A stretch of 58,705 bases of DNA from an uncultured Candidatus Saccharibacteria bacterium (GCA_964560525.1 CAZLLO010000005.1:1-58705); one strand, 5' to 3'. Numbered from the stretch's first letter, positions 10,050 to 19,887 are shown. Notes: a model not told the origin generated them from the sequence alone. A program made the numbers and translations.

Positions 10050-10123
10050 GGACGATTAGCTCAGCTGGTTAGAGCATCACATTGACATTGTGGAGGTCAC
10101 AGGTTCGAGCCCTGTATCGTCCA
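10050..10123 (+). tRNA. tRNA-Val(GAC); CCA not encoded
   Basis: Acceptor stem GGACGAT/ATCGTCC, D-arm AGCTCAGCTGGTTAGAGC, anticodon loop TTGACAT, T-arm GGTTCGAGCC. Confidence 0.97.
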
Positions 10124-10127
10124 GTTG

Positions 10128-10535
10128 TTAGGACACAAAACTAACAGCAATAAACATCACACCTACAAATATTAAGATTATTGGCAAAGACCAAAGACTG
10201 CCAAACTTTTTAATACTTGCATCCTGCGGTTTTTCCTCCAAATACACAACATCCACCATATCTCCAACCTTAAACTTGTTCTTGTTTGCAAATCCATGCC
10301 CAGATTCCACTACATATTTCTCTCCATCTTTGGCCTCAAATTCAAATACAGGAGCATATGAGTATGATGCTGTGGTAAAGCCATCTGCATCTTGAGATTG
10401 AGATTCTTTTTGTCTAATTTCAGTTATTTTTGCGGAGATGGTAACACCATTATTCACTAGCTTCTTGGCTTTAAAAAACTGAATCCCTCCAAATACTAGA
10501 AAGATTATTCCTACCAGTAATAGTACAATGTTCAT
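10128..10535 (-). CDS. DUF3592-like membrane protein
   Basis: TM, beta-rich core (YAPVFEF...KVGDMVDVVY...P..A) and C-terminal TM. Confidence 0.75.
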   Translation of the reverse strand: MNIVLLLVGIIFLVFGGIQFFKAKKLVNNGVTISAKITEIRQKESQSQDADGFTTASYSYAPVFEFEAKDGEKYVVESGHGFANKNKFKVGDMVDVVYLEEKPQDASIKKFGSLWSLPIILIFVGVMFIAVSFVS

Positions 10536-10601
10536 AAATATATAGATTAATTTAGATCTATTCCATTATACCTAATATTTTAAATTGTATATAATGAAAT
10601 T

Positions 10602-11174
10602 ATGAAAAAAAGGAAATTGTTCAATTCTATTCTGCTTCTTCCCATATCTCCGATATTTCTCTCACTCTGCTTTTGGTGGTCATCAATTTCTTTCATACAA
10701 GAGGAATATATAAAATACCTTGCACTGGGAGGATTTGTGCTTGGGATATTAATAGACATACTGATTTACAAAAAATATATCAATAAGGATTTATCAAATA
10801 CCCTTATTATACTGGCATATCTTTTCTATACTGTCTGCGTTTTGGGTTTCTTTATGGGAGTACCTGTTTTCAATATCTTTGTATGTATCCCGTTTGCACT
10901 GTACATTACGCAATATAATCCAAAATGGTTAAGAACTTTTAACGTGTTTTCTTCTTCCGTAATCTTTGCAATATGTTGTGCTTCTGCATACCTTGCTTTA
11001 AAAAGCACTTCGACTATTCATGATTTAGAGGGGATGTTTAACTTGCATGGAATATTAAATATGAATATCCTATACATAATAATTATCGTTGGTGGGATAG
11101 GGTTAATCGCTTTTAACTATCTATTAACTAAGTACTCAAGAACGATATTTACGAAAATCGTCAAACATTCCTAA
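10602..11174 (+). CDS. Hypothetical multi-TM membrane protein
   Basis: Several hydrophobic helices; TATAAT 6 nt upstream of the ATG. Confidence 0.75.
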   Translation: MKKRKLFNSILLLPISPIFLSLCFWWSSISFIQEEYIKYLALGGFVLGILIDILIYKKYINKDLSNTLIILAYLFYTVCVLGFFMGVPVFNIFVCIPFALYITQYNPKWLRTFNVFSSSVIFAICCASAYLALKSTSTIHDLEGMFNLHGILNMNILYIIIIVGGIGLIAFNYLLTKYSRTIFTKIVKHS

Positions 11175-12982
11175 TCTTTTTGAACCTGTGTCTTGTACAT
11201 ATTTGAATACAAGCCATCATTGAGCATAAGAGAAGTATGATCTCCATCTTCGGCTATTCTACCATTGTCTATAACAATGATTCGCTTTGCTTTTCTTACG
11301 GTAGCAAATCTATGAGAAACTATTAAAGTCGTTTTGTTCTTAGCATTTGCTCTTATACTATCAAATATCTTCTCTTCGGATAGAGCATCCACCGCACTAG
11401 TAGGTTCATCAAGAATTAGTAACTTCGCATCTCTGTAAAATGCTCTTGCTATAGCTAACTTCTGCCACTGACCACCAGAGAGTTGAATCCCTCCCTTTAT
11501 CTCCCTTGAAAGGAAAGTATCATAACCTAAAGGAAGTTTTGCAATTGTGTCATGAATATCCGCTTGCTTCGCAGCAGTTTCTAAATTTTCTTTTGTTCTT
11601 TTCTTGTCTACATCTCCTACAAAAATATTATCCTTCGCCATAATGCTAAGTTGATTAAAAGATTGTGAAAGAATACCTACATTTCTGTAATAACTTTCTA
11701 AATCCAAATCTTTGATATTTATTCCATTAATACATATTTCTCCCTTGCTAGGATCATATACCCGGAGAATTAGTTTAATCAACGTGGTTTTTCCTGCACC
11801 ATTCTTACCCACAATAGCTAAATCTTCATCAGAATTAATTTTAAAATTCAAATTCTTTAAGATCCATTTCTTTGTATTGGGGTATTTAAACCAAACATCT
11901 CTAAGCTCTAATGAGACACCCTCTTTTGTTTCTGGTAACTTGATCTCACCACTAACAATACTATTTTTCCAGTTTTGGATAGCATAGAACTTTTCAATTA
12001 TCTTTCTATTACCCAATATCCAAGAGGCATCATAGAAAAGACCTGAGATATCTCCGTTAAACTTCTGATACGAAGCAATTACAAAAGTTAACATACCTAC
12101 AGATATTTGGCCTTTAATTACCATGTTAATGGCATAAATAATTGCAAATATATAAATAAGAGTAGATGCAAAAGAAGCAATTGTAGACCAAAAATATCTT
12201 TTCTTGTGGTTTTTCGCCAATTTGTTACTAAATGCAAGATTTATTTCTTTCGCTTTATCCAAAAGATGATTTCCATAATTAAATACAAAGATTTCTTGAT
12301 ATTTTTCGAAACTCGTAGTAAAGGCAGAATTCTTGTATGACATATATTTCACTTTTTCTTCGCCACGATCGTTCCATATCCCCCAAACTCTCCTTCCGAA
12401 TTTTTTAACAATCAATGCCGCAGGAATAGAAGCAACAATGGCACAAACCGCAAGTAACGGAGTGATATTGAAAATCGCAAAGAACGAGATTGCAACAACA
12501 GGTATCAAAGCTACCAATGACATTCCTGTATACAAGGAATTATATACTGTACTACCATTCCAATTGAGTGTACTTTTGTCATTTATGAACTCTGGATTCT
12601 CGTATGCTTGTGGCTCTATCTTAAGATATTGTCGAAGGTATACCTCATCATCAAGATAGGCTACCCACATGCTTGTTATAACATCGAAGTACTGATGAAA
12701 ATTTGTTATGAATATCCATATTAAGACAACACCTCCAAGTATCCCAATAATAGGATACATGTCTTGTAAACTTCCACCATGGTTAATGACATAAATACTC
12801 TTATCTACCAACAGAGCCATTACATAACTAAGTAATAGTGGGTAAAGATTTGTAAGAAACTCTGTGAAGAATAAAGCCCACATCTGCCACGCGAATCTAA
12901 TATTATGATAATATCTTTTGTATACAAACCATAATAGTTTGAAGATATTTGGTTGTTTAGCTTCTTTTTTCTCTTTTTCCAT
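11171..12982 (-). CDS. ABC exporter, fused permease and ATPase
   Basis: N-terminal TM domain, Walker A GKNGAGKT, signature LSGGQWQK, Walker B LILDEPT, H-loop VSHR. Confidence 0.95.
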   Translation of the reverse strand: MEKEKKEAKQPNIFKLLWFVYKRYYHNIRFAWQMWALFFTEFLTNLYPLLLSYVMALLVDKSIYVINHGGSLQDMYPIIGILGGVVLIWIFITNFHQYFDVITSMWVAYLDDEVYLRQYLKIEPQAYENPEFINDKSTLNWNGSTVYNSLYTGMSLVALIPVVAISFFAIFNITPLLAVCAIVASIPAALIVKKFGRRVWGIWNDRGEEKVKYMSYKNSAFTTSFEKYQEIFVFNYGNHLLDKAKEINLAFSNKLAKNHKKRYFWSTIASFASTLIYIFAIIYAINMVIKGQISVGMLTFVIASYQKFNGDISGLFYDASWILGNRKIIEKFYAIQNWKNSIVSGEIKLPETKEGVSLELRDVWFKYPNTKKWILKNLNFKINSDEDLAIVGKNGAGKTTLIKLILRVYDPSKGEICINGINIKDLDLESYYRNVGILSQSFNQLSIMAKDNIFVGDVDKKRTKENLETAAKQADIHDTIAKLPLGYDTFLSREIKGGIQLSGGQWQKLAIARAFYRDAKLLILDEPTSAVDALSEEKIFDSIRANAKNKTTLIVSHRFATVRKAKRIIVIDNGRIAEDGDHTSLMLNDGLYSNMYKTQVQKD

Positions 12983-13002
12983 AAAGCAGATTATACACCC
13001 TA

Positions 13003-13020
13003 AGTGAAATACATTTCACT
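13003..13020. promoter_or_regulatory. Perfect inverted repeat, candidate operator in a divergent promoter
   Basis: AGTGAAAT-AC-ATTTCACT over the -35 region of the minus-strand TATAAT (12990-12995) of the ABC gene; second imperfect IR at 13036-13057. Confidence 0.5.
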
Positions 13021-13060
13021 AGATTATTAATAATAATATGCATATCATTATGTATATAAA

Positions 13061-13771
13061 TTGATTCAAGAAGATATGGATGATTTACACCAAATACAAA
13101 TGCTCATCCTGAAAGAGTTACTTTTTAAACCCAATTCCAGATTTAGTGAATTGAATATAAAGGGATTAACAAATGATCATTTTTCTTACCATATAAACAC
13201 CTTAGTAGATTTGGGGTTAGTTAAGAAATCGGACAGAGGATATACCCTTACTAGTAACGGGAAAGAATTCGCAAACAGGATGGACACAGACCAGATACAG
13301 ATTGAAAAGCAACCAAAGGTTGCAGTTATGGTTATTCCATACAAATATATAAAGGGAAAGAAACATATCCTCATACAAGAGCGAACCAAGGAACCATACT
13401 ATGGATATCGTGGATTCATGACAGGGAAAGTAAGATTTGGAGAAAAATTAATTGAAACCGCGAGGAGAGAATTAAAGGAAGAGACAGGACTTGAGTGTGA
13501 TGACTTTAAGATAAAAACACTTTTTCATGACCATGTCATAACCCTAGATGATGGAAAGCTCATGGAAGACAAGCTGTTCTTCATTATTGCTGCAAGAAAT
13601 CCTACAGGAAAATTAATTTCTACTGAGAATGGGAAGAACTACTGGGCAACAGAAGAGGAATTCTTAAAAATGGATAAGAAATATTACAATGAAACTGCAA
13701 TTTTCGAAAGTTTCAAACAAAGAGGATCTTTGGATATCTATGAAAATACATATACTGTACAAGAGTTCTAG
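13061..13771 (+). CDS. Winged-HTH plus Nudix hydrolase fusion; start may be ATG 13076
   Basis: N-terminal wHTH (FSYHINTLVDLGLVKK...YTLT) and intact Nudix box GKVRFGEKLIETARRELKEETGL. Confidence 0.85.
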   Translation: MIQEDMDDLHQIQMLILKELLFKPNSRFSELNIKGLTNDHFSYHINTLVDLGLVKKSDRGYTLTSNGKEFANRMDTDQIQIEKQPKVAVMVIPYKYIKGKKHILIQERTKEPYYGYRGFMTGKVRFGEKLIETARRELKEETGLECDDFKIKTLFHDHVITLDDGKLMEDKLFFIIAARNPTGKLISTENGKNYWATEEEFLKMDKKYYNETAIFESFKQRGSLDIYENTYTVQEF

Positions 13772-13792
13772 AGCATAGTATTATTCAATATT

Positions 13793-14200
13793 ATGAATCT
13801 TTTTGAAGAATATATTAAAGCAAATAATATAGATATAGAGTTGTTAGAAACTGAGGAATCCACTCGTACTGCACAAGATGCAGCTAATACACATCATGTT
13901 CCGCTATCAAATATCGCAAAATCATTAGTTGCAAAGGTAGGAGATAAATTCGTCTTGTATCTAGTACCAGGAGATAGGAAATTAGATCTAGAAAGTATTG
14001 GCGGAAGAATGGCTAACGCAGATGAGGTCAAAGAGGTAACAGGATACAGTATTGGTGGTGTTCCTCCTTTTGGTCATTTAACCAAATTAGAAACACATAT
14101 TATGGACGGCTTCGATTCTAGTAAGATATTATTGGGAGCAGGGGGAAAACCAAATATTGTATTCAAGATTACGCTAGAGAAGCTTAAATCATTAATTTAA
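13793..14200 (+). CDS. YbaK/EbsC-family aminoacyl-tRNA deacylase
   Basis: IAKSLV, TGYSIGGVPPFG and GGKPN motifs. Confidence 0.9.
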   Translation: MNLFEEYIKANNIDIELLETEESTRTAQDAANTHHVPLSNIAKSLVAKVGDKFVLYLVPGDRKLDLESIGGRMANADEVKEVTGYSIGGVPPFGHLTKLETHIMDGFDSSKILLGAGGKPNIVFKITLEKLKSLI

Positions 14201-14658
14201 GATCTCTGAGATAATTCTTTATCTAATTCCGTAAATATACTTTCTTTGTGACTCTCCAAGAACATTCTATCCTCATCATTTGTAAGCTGTACTAGGGCAT
14301 CCTCGTAAGAAAACCATTTCGCTTCTTTTACACCATTATCTTCAGGATTAAGTTGTCCCTCTTCAGAAGTAACAAGCAAATACATATGAATTTCCATAGG
14401 ATATGCTCCAGGAGTATCTTTAGTTATTCCATTTGGATATCTTTCATAGATTCCTAATTCTTCAAAGGAAATCATTTTGTTAATAACCAAACCGCCTATT
14501 TCTTCTCTAACTTCTCTTTTTGCTGTAGTAGCATAATCTTCTCCATCATCAACACCACCCCTTGGGAATCCCCACAAATGCTCGTTAGCTAAAGCAATTT
14601 GCCCTAAAGAATTTACAACTATTGCACCCGCTCGATACGATACTTTTCTTTCATTCAT
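14197..14658 (-). CDS. Nudix hydrolase
   Basis: WGFPRGGVDDGEDYATTAKREVREEIG. Confidence 0.9.
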   Translation of the reverse strand: MNERKVSYRAGAIVVNSLGQIALANEHLWGFPRGGVDDGEDYATTAKREVREEIGGLVINKMISFEELGIYERYPNGITKDTPGAYPMEIHMYLLVTSEEGQLNPEDNGVKEAKWFSYEDALVQLTNDEDRMFLESHKESIFTELDKELSQRS

Positions 14659-14676
14659 TTCAATAATGGTATTAAG

Positions 14677-15234
14677 TTAATCCAGCTTTACACCAAACAC
14701 ATTCAATAGATATACCGCATCTTCTTTAGAGAATTTTGCATTCTTACAGTTATTCTCTCGTATATCAAAAAAATAATTCTTTGCTTCAAGAAAATCACAT
14801 TCTGAAAGATTACACTTTAGAAATTGAACACCTTTTAATTCTGATTTATGAAAGGAAACTCCTTTAGCTTTAACATATTCAAAATATGATTCTGTTAAAT
14901 TACATTCAATGAAATTGCTTTTTGTTAAATCTATCTCTACAAAAACGGAGTAGGGCATGTAACATTGTATGAAAGTATTACCAAATCCAAATCTACATTC
15001 AAATTTACTCCATTCAATACCAATTAATCTACATTTATTAAATGTACTATCCGTTATTTTTGAATTAATAATTTCTACATTACTAATCTCACAGTTATTA
15101 AATGTACAGTTAGTAAATATACAATTCTTTATTTCTTCTTCATTGATATTACATTTTTCAAAACTACATTCTTCATATTCATTATCTTTGAAATCTATAT
15201 GACCTGTGAAATTTTCTTTTAAATATTCACTCAT
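14677..15234 (-). CDS. Pentapeptide-repeat protein
   Basis: Runs of F/L-x-x-C/S-x five-residue repeats (CIFTNCTFNNC, SNFIECNLTES, FLKCNLSECDF). Confidence 0.9.
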   Translation of the reverse strand: MSEYLKENFTGHIDFKDNEYEECSFEKCNINEEEIKNCIFTNCTFNNCEISNVEIINSKITDSTFNKCRLIGIEWSKFECRFGFGNTFIQCYMPYSVFVEIDLTKSNFIECNLTESYFEYVKAKGVSFHKSELKGVQFLKCNLSECDFLEAKNYFFDIRENNCKNAKFSKEDAVYLLNVFGVKLD

Positions 15235-15656
15235 AGCTTAATATCATTGATATTATCTATACACATCCAAGCACATGCACTACCAAAACCTTTTTTAGAG
15301 ATGTTAAATGGAGTTTCTAGTTGTTTAACATCACTTAAGAATACAAGGATACAGTAATTTTTGGATTGATAGTATTCATCATATTCTCTCTCAGTAACTT
15401 GTATTCCATCTCCATACTCATTCATTATGTTTCTAAATTGTTTTTCATCTAGGTTCTCAAACTGTAAAACCTTTGATACCACAGATGAAACAGTTATTGG
15501 TTCTCCTGAGTTTTTGAAAAATACACGCTCACCGACTTTGAGACTATTCCATGGTTTGATCTTGTTAACATACCATCTACTTTCAATGGTTTTTGTACCA
15601 TTTAATATTTTTGGTATTAATTTCCACGCCTTATTCATTATGGCTACATGATCCAT
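15231..15656 (-). CDS. ASCH (PUA-like) domain protein
   Basis: ILNGTKTIESR fits the GxKxxExR motif; KVGERVFF. Confidence 0.8.
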   Translation of the reverse strand: MDHVAIMNKAWKLIPKILNGTKTIESRWYVNKIKPWNSLKVGERVFFKNSGEPITVSSVVSKVLQFENLDEKQFRNIMNEYGDGIQVTEREYDEYYQSKNYCILVFLSDVKQLETPFNISKKGFGSACAWMCIDNINDIKL

Positions 15657-15660
15657 ATAT

Positions 15661-16602
15661 CTATTCTATCAAATTCTTTAAATCCTCATAACTATTAACC
15701 ATCATCAATTTCTGTCTTAACTCATTAGCTCCTTCAAAATCAGAAATATACGCCTTTATATACTTCTTAATAACACTAAAATTCTTTTCATCACCCCAAA
15801 TCTCATTAAACAACTTTGCATGTTCTAGCAATACATTAAATCTTTCTTCCTCCGAAACATCTTCTCTACCACTAAACATCCAAGGATTGGCAAGAATACC
15901 TCTACCAACCATATACCCATCAGTACCATATGTTTTAGTATATTCCTCACCCTGCCTAGAAGAGGTAATATCACCATTCCCAATAATCAATGTAGTAGGG
16001 GAAAGTTCATCTCGCATCTTTACAACCTTCTGTATCTCATCCCATCTTGAGGGCACAGCATAACTATCCTTAGCAATCCTCCCATGTACAGTAAGCATAT
16101 CCAACCCTTGGTTCAGTAAAAATCCAATCCAATTCTCGGTATCAACTGTTGAGTATCCCAACCTCGTTTTAACACTAACAGAAATACTGCCTGCCTCTTG
16201 CTTGACTGCTTGAATTATCTCTTTGGCTAATTCAGGCTCCTTAATCAAAGCAGATCCACCACCAGTATTTATCACATTTCGGACAGCACATCCCATGTTA
16301 ATATCAAATCCATCGGGTTTTAACTCTTTAATTTCTCTAACCGTCTTAGCAAAATCCTCAGGGATATTTCCCCAAAGTTGTATAACAATCGGACGTTCAA
16401 TCTCACTAAACTGTATCCTATGAACCACCTTCTCCTTACCAACAGAGCAATACCCTTCAACATTCATAAACTCAGTAAAAGAAACATCTGGTTTACCAAT
16501 CCCACATAAGATTTGCCTAAAAACAGTATCCGTAACATCCTCCATAGGGGAGAGCATGGACAAAAAACCTTTTTCTTGTTTAATAGCTTGGAATATATTC
16601 AT
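15661..16602 (-). CDS. dus: tRNA-dihydrouridine synthase
   Basis: LSPMEDVTD, DINMGC, SVKTRLG, TVHGR, GNGDI, MVGRG. Confidence 0.93.
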   Translation of the reverse strand: MNIFQAIKQEKGFLSMLSPMEDVTDTVFRQILCGIGKPDVSFTEFMNVEGYCSVGKEKVVHRIQFSEIERPIVIQLWGNIPEDFAKTVREIKELKPDGFDINMGCAVRNVINTGGGSALIKEPELAKEIIQAVKQEAGSISVSVKTRLGYSTVDTENWIGFLLNQGLDMLTVHGRIAKDSYAVPSRWDEIQKVVKMRDELSPTTLIIGNGDITSSRQGEEYTKTYGTDGYMVGRGILANPWMFSGREDVSEEERFNVLLEHAKLFNEIWGDEKNFSVIKKYIKAYISDFEGANELRQKLMMVNSYEDLKNLIE

Positions 16603-16617
16603 AGGGACATTCTACCA

Positions 16618-16643
16618 CAAGGGCAGCCCTAGGGCTGCCCTTG
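16618..16643. repeat. Perfect 26-bp GC-rich palindrome
   Basis: CAAGGGCAGCCCT|AGGGCTGCCCTTG, immediately upstream of the dus extended -10 element. Confidence 0.85.
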
Positions 16644-16698
16644 CACAACAACCAAATTTACAATAAACTAAACTAACAGATAAAATCTGCCCAAAAAG

Positions 16699-17100
16699 AT
16701 GGAAGTTAAAAATAAAGTTTCGGATAGTTCCGGACAACAACTACTCACAGGCACTAAAATCGATTCGTATTCGATGATTTTATTGTACTCTTTTCAGGAT
16801 TTTCTGAGATGGTGGTATCTAAGAATGCCTATTTGGCATCTTCGAAAACTTAATCGCTTAAGTATTGTTGTAGATGATCAGCTTTCCCTTTCTCTTCTGG
16901 CCAAAACTTTCTTTATTCCATGGCATAGAGATTATTCTGCAATGGGGATAGTATTTGGAATCGCAATGAGAATATTATACCTTCCCTTGGCGCTATCTAT
17001 ATACATTGTAATTGTACTTGCATATTTAGTGGTTATACTAATCTGGTTACTACTTCCTATTGCCACACTCACCTTTATATTTACTTCTTTGCTTAAATAG
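16699..17100 (+). CDS. Hypothetical membrane protein coupled to the Clp ATPase; start may be ATG 16774
   Basis: Aromatic-rich N-terminus (FLRWWY, FFIPWHRD) and C-terminal hydrophobic helices; 2-nt gap to the next gene. Confidence 0.75.
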   Translation: MEVKNKVSDSSGQQLLTGTKIDSYSMILLYSFQDFLRWWYLRMPIWHLRKLNRLSIVVDDQLSLSLLAKTFFIPWHRDYSAMGIVFGIAMRILYLPLALSIYIVIVLAYLVVILIWLLLPIATLTFIFTSLLK

Positions 17101-17102
17101 CT

Positions 17103-19823
17103 ATGGCTCTAGATTTTGGAATGCAACAAAAAACAATCTGTGGATATCATAAAAAGGATACGAATAGGGTTGGCATTATAGAAAAGAAATACCCTATGAT
17201 AGAAACGGAAAATGAGGCTACTTTCATGGTCACACGTGATCATTTTTTCTCAATTTCCACACAACAAATTTCTTCTGTACTAACAAATTTTCTTCGATAC
17301 AAGAAATTCAATGATTTCAAGCGAATAGCTGCCAACATATTAATAATTCCAGGAATACTCGTAGCATTCGGTTTCATATTGAAATATGCCGATTTATTAA
17401 CAGCAGTACCATGGGTTATAAGTTTCTTGCAAAGCAAAATAAGTGCGCTATTTTTTGGACTCTCAATCGTGGGTGTCATAACCTTATGGCATGATTTTTA
17501 TGAAGAAAAAAGCCATCCTATTAGATTACCTATTGCCAAACAAATCTCTCAAAAGGAATTAGATGAGATTCGTGGTACAGGATTTAAATTTGGAAGATAC
17601 GGACATCTTGAAATTGTAAATTTTGCAAGTCAAGAAACCTTAGAACTATTATGCAACTTCACAAAGGATGATAAATTCTCAACATATGAGATATACAGAT
17701 CATTCTTTGATGAGAACTATGAAATACAACAGATAATTAGAAGATCTGGGATAGATATACAATGGAATGAATTAGAAAAAGATTTTAATGTTAGCAAAGA
17801 AACACTTCCAGAATACGGGATTTCCGCATACCGAAGCCTATTAACATACGCACTAGAAGAAGCACTCTTAACCGAAAGTCGAGATTTACAACCACAACAT
17901 ATATTCTTAGCCATAACAAGAATATTCCCAGTACTACAGAAATATCTTCAAACAAAGAATATAACTCTAGATATTCTCAGAGAAATATGTCTGTACAACA
18001 ACAAGATAGTATACAAAAAGCAAAAAACGAACTTATTCGATATCACAATACCATATTACAAAAAGGGTGGAATAGCTCGACAGTGGGTATATGGATACAC
18101 CTTTATCTTAAGTCATTTTAGCAAAGATCTAAATGAGGTCGTAGCAGAATCAAAGGATATCTTTGGTATTGGACATGAAGAAGAAATTGAAAGCTTGGTT
18201 TCCATCTTAGGTAAGATGTCTAACCGAAATGCACTTCTTTTGGGAGAAGCTGGTGTAGGAAAATCTAGTTTAATACTTGGTGTTGCACAAAGAATTAACA
18301 CAGCAGATGTCCCTCCACAATTAAAGGACAAAAGAGTTGTACAGCTTGATATCAGTGGACTTGTCGCACAATCTGCAAATGGTAATTTAGAAGAATTAAT
18401 AATCAAATCAATGAAAGAATTGGAAAACGCTGGAAATACAATTCTTTACATCGACGAGATGCAAGAATTAATACCAGCAAAGGCAGAGGAATCTGGACAA
18501 TCCATAGCAGGTATTATGCTTCCATACATAATGAACAGCAAATTCCCAATAATTGGGACAGTAAATTATGCAGATTACAAGAAATATTTTTACAGTAATG
18601 AATCTCTCAGACAAAGCTTTACAAATATTGAAGTAAAAGAAGTAAGTACAACAAACACATTAAAGATACTGGAAACAAAAGTAAATGAATTAGAGACCAA
18701 TTTTAATTGCTTTATAACTTTCCCAACTTTAGTAGCTTCTGTAGAGTTAGCACAAAGATATGTACGTGATAGAAAGCTTCCAAGCAGTGCAGTACAGACA
18801 ATAGAATCTACATGTTCATGGGCACAATCAAATAATATCCAGAAGATAACCTCTGAACATGTTTCTAAAGCTCTTTCTATACAAAAAAATATTAGCATAA
18901 CAGAAATAGACCAAGAAGAAAGTAACAAGTTGAGAAAATTAGAAGAGAATATTAAGGCTAGAGTGGTAGGACAAGATGAAGCTGTCATCGCGATAACAGA
19001 AGCTTTAAGAAGAGCAAGAACTGACATTAGAAACCCAGACAAACCAATAGGCACATTCCTCTTCATAGGACCTACTGGTGTAGGTAAAACATACTTGGCA
19101 AAAGTAGTTGGGGAAGAATTCTTTGGTAACAAACAAGATATTATCCGTGTAGATATGTCAGAGTATCAGGAAGTAAATAGTATTGAGAAATTCTTAGGTG
19201 CTTCAGGACAAACCAATATTCTAGGACAAACAGCGATTTCTTTAATTGATAGAGTTAAATCAAATCCATATACAGTTGTTTTGTTTGATGAAATCGAAAA
19301 AGCACATCCAGATATCTTAAACCTATTCCTTCAAATGTTCGATGAAGGGAGATTAACTAGTACTGCAGGAGAAACAGTAGATTTTACAAATACCATAATT
19401 ATTTGTACAAGTAATATTGGAAGTAAGATTCTTCTAGATTCATTAGAAAAAGATGCATCTCTTTGGAATGAAGCCAAGGATAGGGCCCTTATGGAGCTAA
19501 GACAATATCTTAAGCCAGAACTTCTAAACCGTTTTGATAAGGTAATTGTATTTGCTCCACATGATGTAAACAACCTAACTCAAATTTCTAATTTGTTGTT
19601 AGCGGAATTAGCAAAAAGACTCTCTGAAAAAGGCATTATACTTAAATGGTCAGACCAGATCCCTATGCTCATTGCTAACAAATCCAATGAACCAGGAATG
19701 GGTGCAAGGCCAATGAAACGATATATACAAGATAAAGTAGAGGGTCAAATAGCAAAGGAAATGATTGAGGGAAATCTAAAAGCTGGTGCAGAAATAAACG
19801 TAAAAGAGAGTTGGATAATATAA
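17103..19823 (+). CDS. Clp/Hsp100 AAA+ ATPase with an N-terminal membrane anchor
   Basis: Two AAA+ modules (GEAGVGKS/YIDEM; GPTGVGKT/VLFDEIEKAHP), PELLNRFD, GARP; two TM segments near the N-terminus. Confidence 0.9.
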   Translation: MALDFGMQQKTICGYHKKDTNRVGIIEKKYPMIETENEATFMVTRDHFFSISTQQISSVLTNFLRYKKFNDFKRIAANILIIPGILVAFGFILKYADLLTAVPWVISFLQSKISALFFGLSIVGVITLWHDFYEEKSHPIRLPIAKQISQKELDEIRGTGFKFGRYGHLEIVNFASQETLELLCNFTKDDKFSTYEIYRSFFDENYEIQQIIRRSGIDIQWNELEKDFNVSKETLPEYGISAYRSLLTYALEEALLTESRDLQPQHIFLAITRIFPVLQKYLQTKNITLDILREICLYNNKIVYKKQKTNLFDITIPYYKKGGIARQWVYGYTFILSHFSKDLNEVVAESKDIFGIGHEEEIESLVSILGKMSNRNALLLGEAGVGKSSLILGVAQRINTADVPPQLKDKRVVQLDISGLVAQSANGNLEELIIKSMKELENAGNTILYIDEMQELIPAKAEESGQSIAGIMLPYIMNSKFPIIGTVNYADYKKYFYSNESLRQSFTNIEVKEVSTTNTLKILETKVNELETNFNCFITFPTLVASVELAQRYVRDRKLPSSAVQTIESTCSWAQSNNIQKITSEHVSKALSIQKNISITEIDQEESNKLRKLEENIKARVVGQDEAVIAITEALRRARTDIRNPDKPIGTFLFIGPTGVGKTYLAKVVGEEFFGNKQDIIRVDMSEYQEVNSIEKFLGASGQTNILGQTAISLIDRVKSNPYTVVLFDEIEKAHPDILNLFLQMFDEGRLTSTAGETVDFTNTIIICTSNIGSKILLDSLEKDASLWNEAKDRALMELRQYLKPELLNRFDKVIVFAPHDVNNLTQISNLLLAELAKRLSEKGIILKWSDQIPMLIANKSNEPGMGARPMKRYIQDKVEGQIAKEMIEGNLKAGAEINVKESWII

Positions 19824-19887
19824 GCTGTTGAAAAATGAGGATATATTGCATATAATCCAAGATTGATAATATAAATATTTAAAAGTA

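Noticed and set aside
13031-13058. dif site based on TTATGTATATA
   Set aside because: The arms are separated by 4 nt instead of 6 and the left arm does not fit; better explained as an operator
10050-16602. Genomic island integrated at tRNA-Val
   Set aside because: No duplicated tRNA 3' end or adjacent integrase was seen, and composition resembles the host
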